DNA from: Micavibrio sp. UBA2400
GTDB lineage: Bacteria; Pseudomonadota; Alphaproteobacteria; UBA2400
Assembly: GCA_002343265.1 (NCBI GenBank)
Contig: DDSC01000004.1
Span: forward strand, 1,898 to 65,897
Direction of reading: 5' to 3'
DNA length: 64,000 bases
The notes beneath the pieces were generated by a model. That model ran no database searches, was not told where the DNA came from, and was given only the letters and a program-made list of their open reading frames with translations. The translations under genes were made by a program, and so were the position numbers. Shown here in pieces: positions 18,121 through 27,798 of the stretch. Numbering within the stretch: the first letter of the stretch is position 1; each line of letters begins with the position of its first letter.

Positions 18121-19089
18121 TTGACATACGTATCTTGGCTTCAACCCGGTGAGGGGGTAAGCCGCCCCCTCCGCCTGAAGACCCGCCTCCGCGCGTGGTG
18201 GGAAGGTTATGATCTGTCGGTGCTCAAGCCGTTGGCGGGCAATGAGGCGGCCGCCGCCGCCGAGGCGATGGCCACACCCCCTGCCCCCTTGCCGCCAGCA
18301 GGCGCAGAGCAGCTGGACCAGAATGGCCGACCGATCTGGACCGCCAATCGCGTTAAAGTTGCAGAGACTTTGTGGGGTGAGGACTTCACCTCACCGGGCG
18401 GGGTTGAGCACACTACTTATCTGGTCAAACCCTTTGGCATCAACTCCTCAATGAGCATTCTGGATATGGCAGCCGGACTGGGTGGCGTGGCTCGCACCAT
18501 CGCCAAAGAGTACAAGGCGTGGGTCACGGGCATGGAGGCCTCACCTTTGCTGGCGCAGTTGGGACAGGAGCGCTCGCTTAAAGGTGGCTTTGCCAAGAGC
18601 GCCCCGGTGGAGGCCTATAATCCCGAGCAGATTAACCTGACGCGTCGCTATGACGGCATCTTTGCCAAAGAGGCATTCTTTACTGTGCAAAACAAAGAAG
18701 GCCTATTTGACTCGATTGCCAAAGGGCTCAAAGATGGCGGCCAACTGGTCTTTACCGATTACTGTCTGGCCCATAAGAGCGACATGACGCCCACTCTGGC
18801 CGGCTGGATTAAAAAAGAACCGATCCCACCCACTCTATGGACAGTGGAACAGGTCATAACCGCCCTACGCAAGCGCAAGCTGGATGTGCGCACCAACGAG
18901 GATATCACACAGGTGCAAAAACAGCTGATTCTGCGCTCACTCGGCCATTTTTTGCAGCACCTCAACACCCACGCGCTGGATGCGCAAACGAAAATGGCGG
19001 TGCTCGACGAGGTGGAGCTGTGGGCCCGGCGCATGAAAGCCTTTGACGACGGTCTGAAAGTCTATCGCTTCTATTGCATGAAGCATTAA
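18121..19089 (+). CDS. Class I SAM-dependent methyltransferase
   Basis: Motif I ILDMAAGLGGVARTIA and a downstream acidic motif. The ORF opens with TTG at 18121; an internal ATG start is possible. Confidence 0.6.
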   Translation: MTYVSWLQPGEGVSRPLRLKTRLRAWWEGYDLSVLKPLAGNEAAAAAEAMATPPAPLPPAGAEQLDQNGRPIWTANRVKVAETLWGEDFTSPGGVEHTTYLVKPFGINSSMSILDMAAGLGGVARTIAKEYKAWVTGMEASPLLAQLGQERSLKGGFAKSAPVEAYNPEQINLTRRYDGIFAKEAFFTVQNKEGLFDSIAKGLKDGGQLVFTDYCLAHKSDMTPTLAGWIKKEPIPPTLWTVEQVITALRKRKLDVRTNEDITQVQKQLILRSLGHFLQHLNTHALDAQTKMAVLDEVELWARRMKAFDDGLKVYRFYCMKH

Positions 19090-19107
19090 ATTCCCTATGC
19101 TGCGCTG

Positions 19108-19683
19108 ATGACACGCAAAATTGCTTTCTTTGATTTCGACGGAACCTTGGTCAAAGGCGACAGCCTGTTGCCCTTTCTGGGCTTTGCCGCGGGTTGGGGA
19201 GCGCTAAGCCTTGGCTTTGCTCGTGCGCTGCTGCTGCCGGAGGCTGGCCACCCCGACCGCCGCACCGGGATTAAAGCTGCACTGCTGCGTCATACCTTGG
19301 CCGGACTGTCGGTTGATCATGCCCATGCGGCGGCCCAACTGCTTGCACCACTGCGGCACTGGAAAGAGCCGGCTCATAGCGCCTTGCTACGCTTGAAGGA
19401 ACAGGGGGCCGAGATTGTGGTGGCCACCGGTGCGCTGGAACTTTATATCGGGCGACTGCTGGAAGGCCTGCCCGTGGATAAAATCATCGCCACTGAAATG
19501 GAAAGCCACAACGGCATTTTAACCGGGCGTATGCTTGGCGGAAATTGCGTACGGGCCGAGAAAGCACGGCGGGTGGATGCCTATATCAAAACCCACGGGC
19601 CTTATGCGGAAATTCATGGCTATGGCAACGCGCCGCATGATCTGGCCATGCTGGAGCTGTGCACCCATAAAACCGTGGTATGA
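19108..19683 (+). CDS. HAD-IB family hydrolase (phosphoserine-phosphatase-like)
   Basis: Motif I FFDFDGTL, plus the HAD-IB cap architecture and a C-terminal GD..D-type motif (GYGNAPHDLAM). Confidence 0.8.
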   Translation: MTRKIAFFDFDGTLVKGDSLLPFLGFAAGWGALSLGFARALLLPEAGHPDRRTGIKAALLRHTLAGLSVDHAHAAAQLLAPLRHWKEPAHSALLRLKEQGAEIVVATGALELYIGRLLEGLPVDKIIATEMESHNGILTGRMLGGNCVRAEKARRVDAYIKTHGPYAEIHGYGNAPHDLAMLELCTHKTVV

Positions 19684-19878
19684 TTAATGCCCGTGGCTGC
19701 CCGCGCCCGCCTTGAGCTGATAGCGGCGGTCGCAATAAGTACAATCGACAAAACCCTCCGCCCCGATGGTGAGGTACACACGCGGATGGCCCAGCCCGGC
19801 CTTGCCGCCGTCACAGGCGATACGGCGCTCTGAGACTTCATACACTTCCGGGGCAGCGCGATTAAGGGCGTTTGTCAT
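19684..19878 (-). CDS. Zinc-finger (zf-CHCC-like) domain protein
   Basis: ..RIACDGG.....HPRVYL......VDCTYCDRRY is a CHCC zinc-ribbon common in alphaproteobacteria. Confidence 0.55.
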   Translation of the reverse strand: MTNALNRAAPEVYEVSERRIACDGGKAGLGHPRVYLTIGAEGFVDCTYCDRRYQLKAGAGSHGH

Positions 19879-19902
19879 GCAATCAGACTAGGCCATTTTT
19901 AT

Positions 19903-20742
19903 CTAACGGGCAAGCCGGGGTTGGCGGTTGTGTGAGCGGGCGAGCATTTCGGTCGGCTCAACAATTAGTGTTACACGCGCCTGCTCGGCTGTCAGCACAT
20001 CCGGCTCGCTGTGAGCGCGCGGTGTTTCTGTGGCCCACCCCTTCCACAACAGAACTCGCCCGACGGGTGCCTGACGCACCAAATGCTCAAACCCTGCTGT
20101 TGGGGAGCCAAACGAATTTCTCCCGTTGATGCTCCGCACACCGTCCATACGGGCGCGGGCCGGCATAGGGCTGGTAAGGACGCGGTCATCCATAATCCAT
20201 GTCGATAGCGCCTCTTTCGTGGGTAAAGTAATGAGTGCGCGATGCTCGGTGTCCGTGTCGGCATGAGTAGTTCCGCATGCCCCACGCGGGCCAACGATAG
20301 TTGTGAAACACAAATCACCCGAGCAGCCCGCGCGCCCCCTATGGGCGTCAGACAGTAGCCCGAACATGTGTGAGAGCTCGCTATATACCAGCCCCGCAGC
20401 GGAAGTCGGCGGGATGAGCCAGGCAAGCAAATTTTTTGCGGCCTCATAAAAATCGTTTTGTTTTACTCTATGTTCGCTCCTAACGACGAAGCGGCTGGTA
20501 TCACCATGCGCATAAGGCTCCGACGCATCCATAACGTTGAGATCACGCAGGACACGCTGCGCAGCGGGTGAAAACCCAAAATCGCTCACCACCATGTTCG
20601 TCTGTGCATCCCAAATCTGCTCAAGCGGACCAAAGCGCACACCCGGCAACGGGGAGTTGGTGAGATTTTCAAAACGCGTTTGAATCAGCACGTCGGTAGA
20701 CATGCCCCACGATATCAAATCCAGCTTGGTTAATTCAACCAC
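19903..20742 (-). CDS. Hypothetical protein (279 aa) with lower GC
   Basis: Long ORF co-oriented with its neighbours. A possible H-x-D ... H metal-binding pattern (YAHGDTS ... LSDAH) is only suggestive. No family recognised. Confidence 0.4.
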   Translation of the reverse strand: MVELTKLDLISWGMSTDVLIQTRFENLTNSPLPGVRFGPLEQIWDAQTNMVVSDFGFSPAAQRVLRDLNVMDASEPYAHGDTSRFVVRSEHRVKQNDFYEAAKNLLAWLIPPTSAAGLVYSELSHMFGLLSDAHRGRAGCSGDLCFTTIVGPRGACGTTHADTDTEHRALITLPTKEALSTWIMDDRVLTSPMPARARMDGVRSINGRNSFGSPTAGFEHLVRQAPVGRVLLWKGWATETPRAHSEPDVLTAEQARVTLIVEPTEMLARSHNRQPRLAR

Positions 20743-20766
20743 GATCAGGGTTAACGCGGACGCGCG

Positions 20767-21468
20767 TTAACCTTCCTGTGCCTTTTCATCCAGCGCATAG
20801 CCCGCCGCGCGGACCGTGCGGATCAGGTCCGGCTCGCCAAGGTTTTTGCGCAGGCGGCGGATATGCACATCTACCGTGCGGGCTTCGACATAAATATCGT
20901 TACCCCACACCTGATCGAGCAGCTGTTCGCGGCTATACACGCGGGTGGGATTTTGCAGGAAGTGGCGCAGCAAGCGGAACTCGGTGGGGCCAAGATCTAG
21001 CTCACGTCCGGCGCGGGTGGCCTTGTGCGTGACCAAGTCCATATGAATATCGGCGTAGCTGATTTCATCCTTTTGCGGGCCGGTGTCGGCACGGCGCAGC
21101 ACGGCATTGATACGCGCCACCAGTTCGGCGGGTGAGAACGGCTTGGTGACATAGTCATCGGCCCCGGCATTGAGGCCGCGCACTTTATCTGGCTCCTCGC
21201 CACGCGCGGTGAGCATAATGACCGGGGTTTTGCTCAGCAGGTTGCTCTTGCGCAGGTCGCGGCACAGCTCCAGTCCGGTCCGGTCAGGTAGCATCCAGTC
21301 GAGCAGGATGAGATCCGGGCGCTCGCGCTCGGCTTTGGCCTGCCCGGCAGCGGCATCATCGGCGCTGATGACGCGAAAACCGTTTTTCTCAAGATTATAG
21401 GTCACCAGAGTGACGATATCGGCCTCATCCTCAACAATCAGGATCAGGGGTTTAGCGGCTGGGGGCAT
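20767..21468 (-). CDS. phoB: OmpR-family response regulator, PhoB-like
   Basis: REC domain (DD, D at LLDWMLPD, K) plus a winged-helix trans_reg_C domain. Overlaps the upstream kinase gene. Confidence 0.85.
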   Translation of the reverse strand: MPPAAKPLILIVEDEADIVTLVTYNLEKNGFRVISADDAAAGQAKAERERPDLILLDWMLPDRTGLELCRDLRKSNLLSKTPVIMLTARGEEPDKVRGLNAGADDYVTKPFSPAELVARINAVLRRADTGPQKDEISYADIHMDLVTHKATRAGRELDLGPTEFRLLRHFLQNPTRVYSREQLLDQVWGNDIYVEARTVDVHIRRLRKNLGEPDLIRTVRAAGYALDEKAQEG

Positions 21469-22513
21469 GAGTCACCTCTTCGTCTGGGATGGGCAAGATT
21501 ACCTCAAAGCGGCTACCGTGGCCAAGCTCGCTTTCAATCTGCAATTGGCCACGGTGGCGATTGATGATGTGTTTGACGATTGACAGGCCCAGCCCGGTAC
21601 CGCCCATATGGCGGGAGCGACCAGCATCGATCCGGTAAAACCGCTCCGTCAGGCGCGGGATGTGCTCGCGCGCAATGCCAGGGCCGTGGTCGCGGATCGA
21701 CAGGCAAATCTGCCCCTGCTCCTGCGTGAGGGTGATCTCGATCGGCGTATTCTCGTGTGTATACTTGATGGCGTTTTCGATGAGATTTTGACACACCTGC
21801 ATGATCTGGTCAGGATCGCCACGCAGTGTGGGCACATGCGCAGGCGCACTCAGCTGGAGCACCACCTTACGACTGGTGGCACGGTGCTGGAGCTGCTCCA
21901 CGGCCTGCTTGACCGTCAACAGAAGGTCAACGGTACCTGTGGGGGCAACATGCTCATTAAACTCAATACGAGCCAGACTTAACAAATCCTGTACCAGACG
22001 GGTCATGCGGCTGGCCTGGGCGTGCATGATCTCAAGAAACCGCTCCCGCGCCTCGGCATCATCTTTCGCCGGACCTTGCAGGGTTTCGATAAAGCCGAGC
22101 AGACTGGCGAGCGGTGTACGCAGCTCATGACTAGCATTGGCCAGAAACTCGACTCCCAGTTGCTCCGAGCGGCGCAGGGTAGTGATATCATGCAAGGTCA
22201 CCAGCGCCCGCGGCGAACCTGGCCGCGCGGAAAAATATAGGGGCTGAACGTTTACATTATAGGTATGATCGATATTATCCGGCAGCACCAGTTCCACCGA
22301 CTGCGGAGTTTCACCACGCAGGGCCGCATCAACAGAATTAAGGATTTGGGGCGAGCTGATGACAGAACTCATTTTGGCCCCCGCAACATCCCCCAGGACG
22401 CGCCGCGCTGAACTGTTCTGCCGCAGAACGGTACCCACCGCGTCGAGCAGCAGCAGCGGGTCGCTGAAAGCATCGAAGATAGCGCGAATAGTGGAGAGAT
22501 CGGCGCGGTTCAT
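21452..22513 (-). CDS. phoR: Cytoplasmic PAS-domain sensor histidine kinase, PhoR-like
   Basis: PAS domain, H-box FLANASHELRTPL, then N/G1/G2 boxes (QNLIENAIKYT, IRDHGPGI, GGTGLGLSIV). No TM segment. Confidence 0.8.
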   Translation of the reverse strand: MNRADLSTIRAIFDAFSDPLLLLDAVGTVLRQNSSARRVLGDVAGAKMSSVISSPQILNSVDAALRGETPQSVELVLPDNIDHTYNVNVQPLYFSARPGSPRALVTLHDITTLRRSEQLGVEFLANASHELRTPLASLLGFIETLQGPAKDDAEARERFLEIMHAQASRMTRLVQDLLSLARIEFNEHVAPTGTVDLLLTVKQAVEQLQHRATSRKVVLQLSAPAHVPTLRGDPDQIMQVCQNLIENAIKYTHENTPIEITLTQEQGQICLSIRDHGPGIAREHIPRLTERFYRIDAGRSRHMGGTGLGLSIVKHIINRHRGQLQIESELGHGSRFEVILPIPDEEVTHAPSR

Positions 22514-22540
22514 GCGGGCCAGCTTACAGGAACACGCGCT

Positions 22541-23314
22541 CTAGAAGTAGCGGAAATCATCAGCCTGACCCGCCGCGGCGCGGGCATCGGTCCGCGTTCC
22601 GTTCAGGATGGCGACGGCACGAGGGTCCAGTGAGCGGAATACCACGGCATTTCCAGTCAGCGCTGGAACCGCGCGGGGGCAGTCAAGTCGCGCGAGATAA
22701 TGCATCACCTCCAGCAGGTCGTGACTGGTGTGTACGCCCCCCACCGCTAACGGGTGTTCGTGCAGTCGCTCCAGCAGCCCCTGGGTCGTCAATGAAATTT
22801 CTTCAGCCAGTTCGCGCGCGGCCTCGTTCGAGCGCATCACGCGGCGGCCATCAAATGCACAACCTGATTCCGGCGTGGCATAAGCATTGAAGACATCGGC
22901 CGCCTTCTCCCGACTGTGTAGGCTTCCCCCCGGCAGAAAGACCAGACTCTCCTGACTGGGGCTGATGGCAACATATGGGTTACTGCGAACATCCAGCCCC
23001 TGCTGAGCCAAGACCCGGTGGGACTGCTGCGCCGCGCCTTCAATAGTCCGATCATACTGGAGTGTCGTGGCAGGCGGCCACCCCACCCGCAGCACCTCAC
23101 CATACAATGTACTGATGCCCGGCCGTAGCGTTGCCATAACGGCGCGGGGTGGCGCGCTCGAATTCAGCCGCTCACGGGCGGGATAGAAGACGATGCGCCC
23201 TAGCCCGGCCGCTACTCCTGCAGAGCCGATATGACGAAAAGCCTCAAGCAGAAAGCGATAGGGTAAAATGTAAGCACTGTGGACAACTGACATTATATAA
23301 TCCTGAAATTTCAT
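22541..23314 (-). CDS. Hypothetical protein (257 aa)
   Basis: Long ORF co-oriented with phoR. His-rich segment HEHPLAVGGVHTSHDLLEVMH. No family recognised. Confidence 0.4.
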   Translation of the reverse strand: MKFQDYIMSVVHSAYILPYRFLLEAFRHIGSAGVAAGLGRIVFYPARERLNSSAPPRAVMATLRPGISTLYGEVLRVGWPPATTLQYDRTIEGAAQQSHRVLAQQGLDVRSNPYVAISPSQESLVFLPGGSLHSREKAADVFNAYATPESGCAFDGRRVMRSNEAARELAEEISLTTQGLLERLHEHPLAVGGVHTSHDLLEVMHYLARLDCPRAVPALTGNAVVFRSLDPRAVAILNGTRTDARAAAGQADDFRYF

Positions 23315-23424
23315 AGCGGGAATGCGGCCGATATAAGCAGATCAGACCCCGCCATTGCAACCGAAATCAGGTTAGGCGAAGTTTGGCCTATTTTTACAGG
23401 CATTCCTATGGTTAAGACGCCCTC

Positions 23425-24201
23425 TTATGCGGGGGCCAGTCCACCCACGGGGCGGCCGGGAACACCGCTCGGGGGTTCGGGCAGCGGCGTGGGCGGAAAA
23501 ACCGCACCCCACTGGAGGCATTCACACTCATCCTCTTCACCCGCGCCGGGGTCCTGATGACGAACCAGCTGTGCAGCCCGATAGATAACAAGGTCGGCTG
23601 ATTGCGGGTTCGTCCGGCACAAGTGCGTGAACTGTTCAGCCAGACGATCGCGCTGGCCAAGCTTGGTTTCCAGAGTCTGGATATCCTCGGCCAGAAACTC
23701 GGCCAGCGGGAACGGCTCCCCATCATCCGCGCTATCAGCTTCCCACTCACGTATATCGGATGCATAGTGTGCTCGCGCTGGCTGACTATTGCCGTGCGCG
23801 AGCTGGGTTTGCAACGTCTGCAACAACTCTAGGCGTGCTGCCTTGGGCGCAAAGCGCTGATCCAGCAGGGCCTGTTGATTAAAAATGGTGACTTTCTCCT
23901 GACGCACCAGCAGCCCCTCACTCGCCAATGACTCAAGACGGGTTCGAACCTCGGATTCACTCAAGACAGGTGGGAAGTGTGAGAAACGCGAGCCTTCATC
24001 CATGAGTGGCAAGGCCAGTCGGGTCAGCCATGAGCAGGCCTGACGCTGCTGGCGGGCAAATTCCGTACTCACCTCATGCACCTCGCGGGCAGTTAGCCAT
24101 GGCGGGTAGAACCCCAACACCGTCCACAGGTGATGTTCGACCAGATTATTACGCAGGCTCATCAGCAATTCTCCTGGCGGGCACTTTAGCGCCCCCCACA
24201 C
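23425..24201 (-). CDS. Hypothetical protein (about 245-258 aa) with a possible winged-helix segment
   Basis: Long ORF. An alternative start MSLRNN lies at 24162. LSESEVRTRLESLASEGLLVRQEKV resembles a wHTH. Acidic C-terminal half. Confidence 0.4.
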   Translation of the reverse strand: MWGALKCPPGELLMSLRNNLVEHHLWTVLGFYPPWLTAREVHEVSTEFARQQRQACSWLTRLALPLMDEGSRFSHFPPVLSESEVRTRLESLASEGLLVRQEKVTIFNQQALLDQRFAPKAARLELLQTLQTQLAHGNSQPARAHYASDIREWEADSADDGEPFPLAEFLAEDIQTLETKLGQRDRLAEQFTHLCRTNPQSADLVIYRAAQLVRHQDPGAGEEDECECLQWGAVFPPTPLPEPPSGVPGRPVGGLAPA

Positions 24202-24268
24202 CGCTCCGGCAAGAAAAACCCCTCCCGGACAGCCCGGAAGGGGTCGACTCTATAATGAATTCAGAGGC

Positions 24269-26560
24269 TTACCACTGCGCTGCGTCATGCGCGGCCAGTG
24301 CGGCCACCGTGACCAGATCAGAGACCCCGGCATCCATCGGTGCAATCTGCACCGGTTTACCCAGACCGATCATGAGCGGGCCAATCACGGTGCCGCCCAT
24401 CTTCTGCAGCAGTTTGCTGCCGATATTAGCCGCATGCAGAGCTGGCATCACCAACACATTGGCCGGGCCGGACAGACGGCAGAACGGATAGTGCTTTTTC
24501 ATCAGCTCATAATCGAGGGCGACATCAGCCGACATCTCGCCATCATACTCAAAGTCCACCGGGCGACGGTCGAGCAACGCGACGGCCTCACGAATGCGCT
24601 TGGCCTTTTCGCGCATCGGCTGGCCGAAGTTGCTGAAGGAGAGCAGCGCCACGCGCGGCTCGTGCCCGAGCTGGCGGGCCTTGGCCGCGGCCTTCAGGGT
24701 AATTTCGACCAGCACCTCAGGATCCGGCAGTTCATGCACGGCGGTATCGGCGATAAACACCGTGCGTCCGCGCATAACCGCAATGGACAGGCCAAACGGC
24801 ACCGTGTTCTCCTCATAGGGAATGATCCGCGTGACTTCCTCAAGCGAGCGCGAAAAGGAGCGCGTCACACCCGTGACCATACCGTCGGCATCGCCCATCT
24901 CGACCATCAGCGAGGCGAAGGTGTTGCGGTCATTGTTCACCAGCCGCTCACAATCGCGATACAGAAAGCCCTTGCGCTGCAGACGGCGGTACATGGCGTC
25001 AGTATAGCGCTTGTTGTGTACCGACAGGCGGGCGTTATGGACTTCAAGGCCGTGGTCCTCCGGTAGACCCGCTGCCTTCACCACCGCCGCGACCCGATCT
25101 TCACGACCGATCAGCACCGGATCGCCATACCCGGCCTGACGGTAGGCCAGCGCAGCGCGAATAACACGCTCTTCCTCGCCTTCGGCGAAGACGATACGCT
25201 TTTTCTTGGCACGAACGCGCTCGAAAATCAGCTGCAAGCTGTCGGCGGTCGGGTCAAGACGCGCGCGCAGCTCATGCTTGTACGCCGTCATGTCGGTGAT
25301 GGGGCGGCGCGCCACGCCGCTATCCATCGCTGCTTTGGCCACCGCAAGCGGAATGGTGGTGATCAGACGCGGGTCAAACGGCACCGGCACAATATACTCC
25401 GGCCCAAACCGCAGGCGACGGCCCGCATAAGCCCGATCAACCTCATCGGGCACATCCTGCCGAGCGAGATCAGCCAGCGCTTGAGCCGCTGCAATCTTCA
25501 TCGCATCATTAATGGTACTGGCGCGCACATCCAGCGCACCGCGGAAGATATAGGGAAAGCCCAACACATTGTTGATCTGGTTGGCATAGTCGGAACGGCC
25601 AGTGGCCACAATGGCGTCACCGCGCACCGCCTTCACCTCCTCCGGTGTAATTTCGGGATCGGGGTTAGCCATGGCCATAATGATGGGCTTGGGACCCATG
25701 GCCGCTACCATCTCGGGCGTCACCGCGCCTTTAGCCGAGAGGCCGCAGAAAATATCCGCCCCCTTCATAGCCTCTTTCAGGGTGCGCAGATCGGTCTTAA
25801 TCGCATGAGCGGATTTCCACTGATTCATGCCCTCGGTGCGGCCCTGATAGACCACGCCCTTGGTATCGCACAGGATGACATTATCATGCGGCAGCCCCAT
25901 GGCCTTGAACAGCTCGACACAGGCAATCGCCGCAGCCCCCGCACCATTAACCACCATCTTGGCAGTTTTGATATCGCGGCCGGTAACATGCAGCGCATTA
26001 ATCAACCCGGCGGCGGCAACAATCGCCGTGCCATGCTGATCATCATGAAACACCGGAATATCCATCAACTCCTTGAGGCGATCCTCGATGATGAAGCACT
26101 CCGGCGCCTTGATATCCTCAAGGTTGATGCCGCCAAAGCTGGGGCCAAGGAACTTCACACAATTCACAAATTCATCAACGTCTTTGGTGTCGACCTCAAG
26201 GTCGATCGAATCCACATCGGCAAAGCGCTTGAACAGCACCGCCTTGCCTTCCATCACCGGCTTGCCGGCCAGCGCACCCAAATCGCCCAAGCCCAGAACG
26301 GCAGTCCCATTGGAGATAACCGCGACGAGATTACCCTTGGCGGTATAGTCATAGGCGGTGCTGGGATCCTCGGCGATCTTGAGGCAGGGTGCGGCCACGC
26401 CGGGCGAGTAGGCGAGCGACAGATCGCGCTGGGTGGCCATTGGCTTGGTCGGCACCACCTCCAGCTTACCGGGGCGACCCATGCTGTGTAGTGTCAGCGC
26501 ATCGGCGTCGGTCACCTTGCGTTCATTCTCAGGGGCGTGGGGGCCAAGTTCTTCGGACAT
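24269..26560 (-). CDS. maeB: NADP-dependent malic enzyme (malic enzyme fused to a phosphotransacetylase-like domain)
   Basis: Malic enzyme motifs (..YSPGVA.., GAGAA) plus a C-terminal PTA-like domain. Length 763 aa is typical for MaeB. Confidence 0.95.
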   Translation of the reverse strand: MSEELGPHAPENERKVTDADALTLHSMGRPGKLEVVPTKPMATQRDLSLAYSPGVAAPCLKIAEDPSTAYDYTAKGNLVAVISNGTAVLGLGDLGALAGKPVMEGKAVLFKRFADVDSIDLEVDTKDVDEFVNCVKFLGPSFGGINLEDIKAPECFIIEDRLKELMDIPVFHDDQHGTAIVAAAGLINALHVTGRDIKTAKMVVNGAGAAAIACVELFKAMGLPHDNVILCDTKGVVYQGRTEGMNQWKSAHAIKTDLRTLKEAMKGADIFCGLSAKGAVTPEMVAAMGPKPIIMAMANPDPEITPEEVKAVRGDAIVATGRSDYANQINNVLGFPYIFRGALDVRASTINDAMKIAAAQALADLARQDVPDEVDRAYAGRRLRFGPEYIVPVPFDPRLITTIPLAVAKAAMDSGVARRPITDMTAYKHELRARLDPTADSLQLIFERVRAKKKRIVFAEGEEERVIRAALAYRQAGYGDPVLIGREDRVAAVVKAAGLPEDHGLEVHNARLSVHNKRYTDAMYRRLQRKGFLYRDCERLVNNDRNTFASLMVEMGDADGMVTGVTRSFSRSLEEVTRIIPYEENTVPFGLSIAVMRGRTVFIADTAVHELPDPEVLVEITLKAAAKARQLGHEPRVALLSFSNFGQPMREKAKRIREAVALLDRRPVDFEYDGEMSADVALDYELMKKHYPFCRLSGPANVLVMPALHAANIGSKLLQKMGGTVIGPLMIGLGKPVQIAPMDAGVSDLVTVAALAAHDAAQW

Positions 26561-26665
26561 AGTCGGACACTTTCTTCAAAAGCAGGAAGTGAGCCGTTTT
26601 AGACCATCTTGGCCCGAGGGGGAATAGCAGCGCCTGCGATTTGCTGCACTGCGACATGCCGTCAG

Positions 26666-27583
26666 CTAACCCCACGGCCCACGCGGATGGCCTTCGGTTC
26701 CTGCCAACCGGGCGGGAGCCACTGCAACAGGCGTAAGCTCGCCTGCCATGGCCTGCAGGCGGCGGATGCGCTCCTCCATCGGCGGGTGCGTGGAAAACAG
26801 CGCACCCATCCGGCGCAGATGTAGCGGATTTACGATGAACATATGCGCGGTGGCCGGATTGTTCTCGGCCCGGTTGAAATCGATGCGCTGCGCGGTGGTG
26901 TGCAGGTTCGCCAGCGCCGAGGCCAGCGCGAGCGGATTACCACAGATCATCGCGCCGAGGCGGTCGGCCTCATACTCACGCGTGCGCGAAATAGCAAACT
27001 GCACCACGCTGGCAGCAAGGGGGGCTAGGACCATGGCGGCGAGCAGCGCAAGCGGATTGGCCGGGCCGTCCTGCCGGTCGCTGCGCGGGCGCCCCATCAG
27101 CATGGCCATGTTGCTCAGCATGCCCAGCGCCCCGGCCAGAGTGGCGGTGATGGTCATGGTCAGCGTGTCGCGGTTTTTGATATGCGCCAGCTCGTGGGCA
27201 ATTACCCCGGCAATTTCATCGCGCGAGAGGCGCTGCAGCAGGCCGCTGGTTACAGCGACCGCGCCGTTGTGCGGGTTGCGTCCGGTGGCGAAAGCATTGG
27301 GCTGCGGGCTTTCGATCAGATAGACCCGCGGCATCGGTACAGCCGCGCGGATGGCAAGCTCGCGCACGATCTGCACCAGATTGGGGGCGCTGCGTTCGTC
27401 CACTGGCTGAGCGCGGTAAGCGGCCAGCGCCAGTTTATCGCTATTCCACCACGCGATCAGATTCATGATCGCGGCCAAAGCAAAGGCCATCACCATGCCC
27501 TGTTGCCCGCCCAGCAACCCACCGACGCCAACAAAGAGCGCCGTCATGAACGCCAGCAGGAGCGCAGTCCGAAAATAAGCCAT
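26666..27583 (-). CDS. htpX: Zinc metalloprotease HtpX (peptidase M48)
   Basis: HELAH zinc motif, 4-TM topology, and a distal glutamate ligand in the TREYEAD region. Start chosen at MAYFRT (27583). Confidence 0.85.
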   Translation of the reverse strand: MAYFRTALLLAFMTALFVGVGGLLGGQQGMVMAFALAAIMNLIAWWNSDKLALAAYRAQPVDERSAPNLVQIVRELAIRAAVPMPRVYLIESPQPNAFATGRNPHNGAVAVTSGLLQRLSRDEIAGVIAHELAHIKNRDTLTMTITATLAGALGMLSNMAMLMGRPRSDRQDGPANPLALLAAMVLAPLAASVVQFAISRTREYEADRLGAMICGNPLALASALANLHTTAQRIDFNRAENNPATAHMFIVNPLHLRRMGALFSTHPPMEERIRRLQAMAGELTPVAVAPARLAGTEGHPRGPWG

Positions 27584-27798
27584 GAGCGAATATGGCGACA
27601 AGAAAGGCTTGCGGCAACCCCGCTCCACCGCTATTTCATGGCCATGACCCCAAAGCCTGACCGCACACCCCAGCCCGAGTCCGCGCCACTGAATGAGCGC
27701 CCCCTCATTCAGCAGCCCGAGGGTGAGCGCGGCGGCCCCAAAGGGCCGGAGCCGACCCGCTATGGTGATTGGGAAACCAACGGGCGCTGCACGGATTT

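Noticed and set aside
24287-26491. 259-aa and 405-aa plus-strand ORFs opposite maeB
   Set aside because: Shadow ORFs with His/Arg/Gly-rich low-complexity translations. maeB on the minus strand is clearly the real gene.
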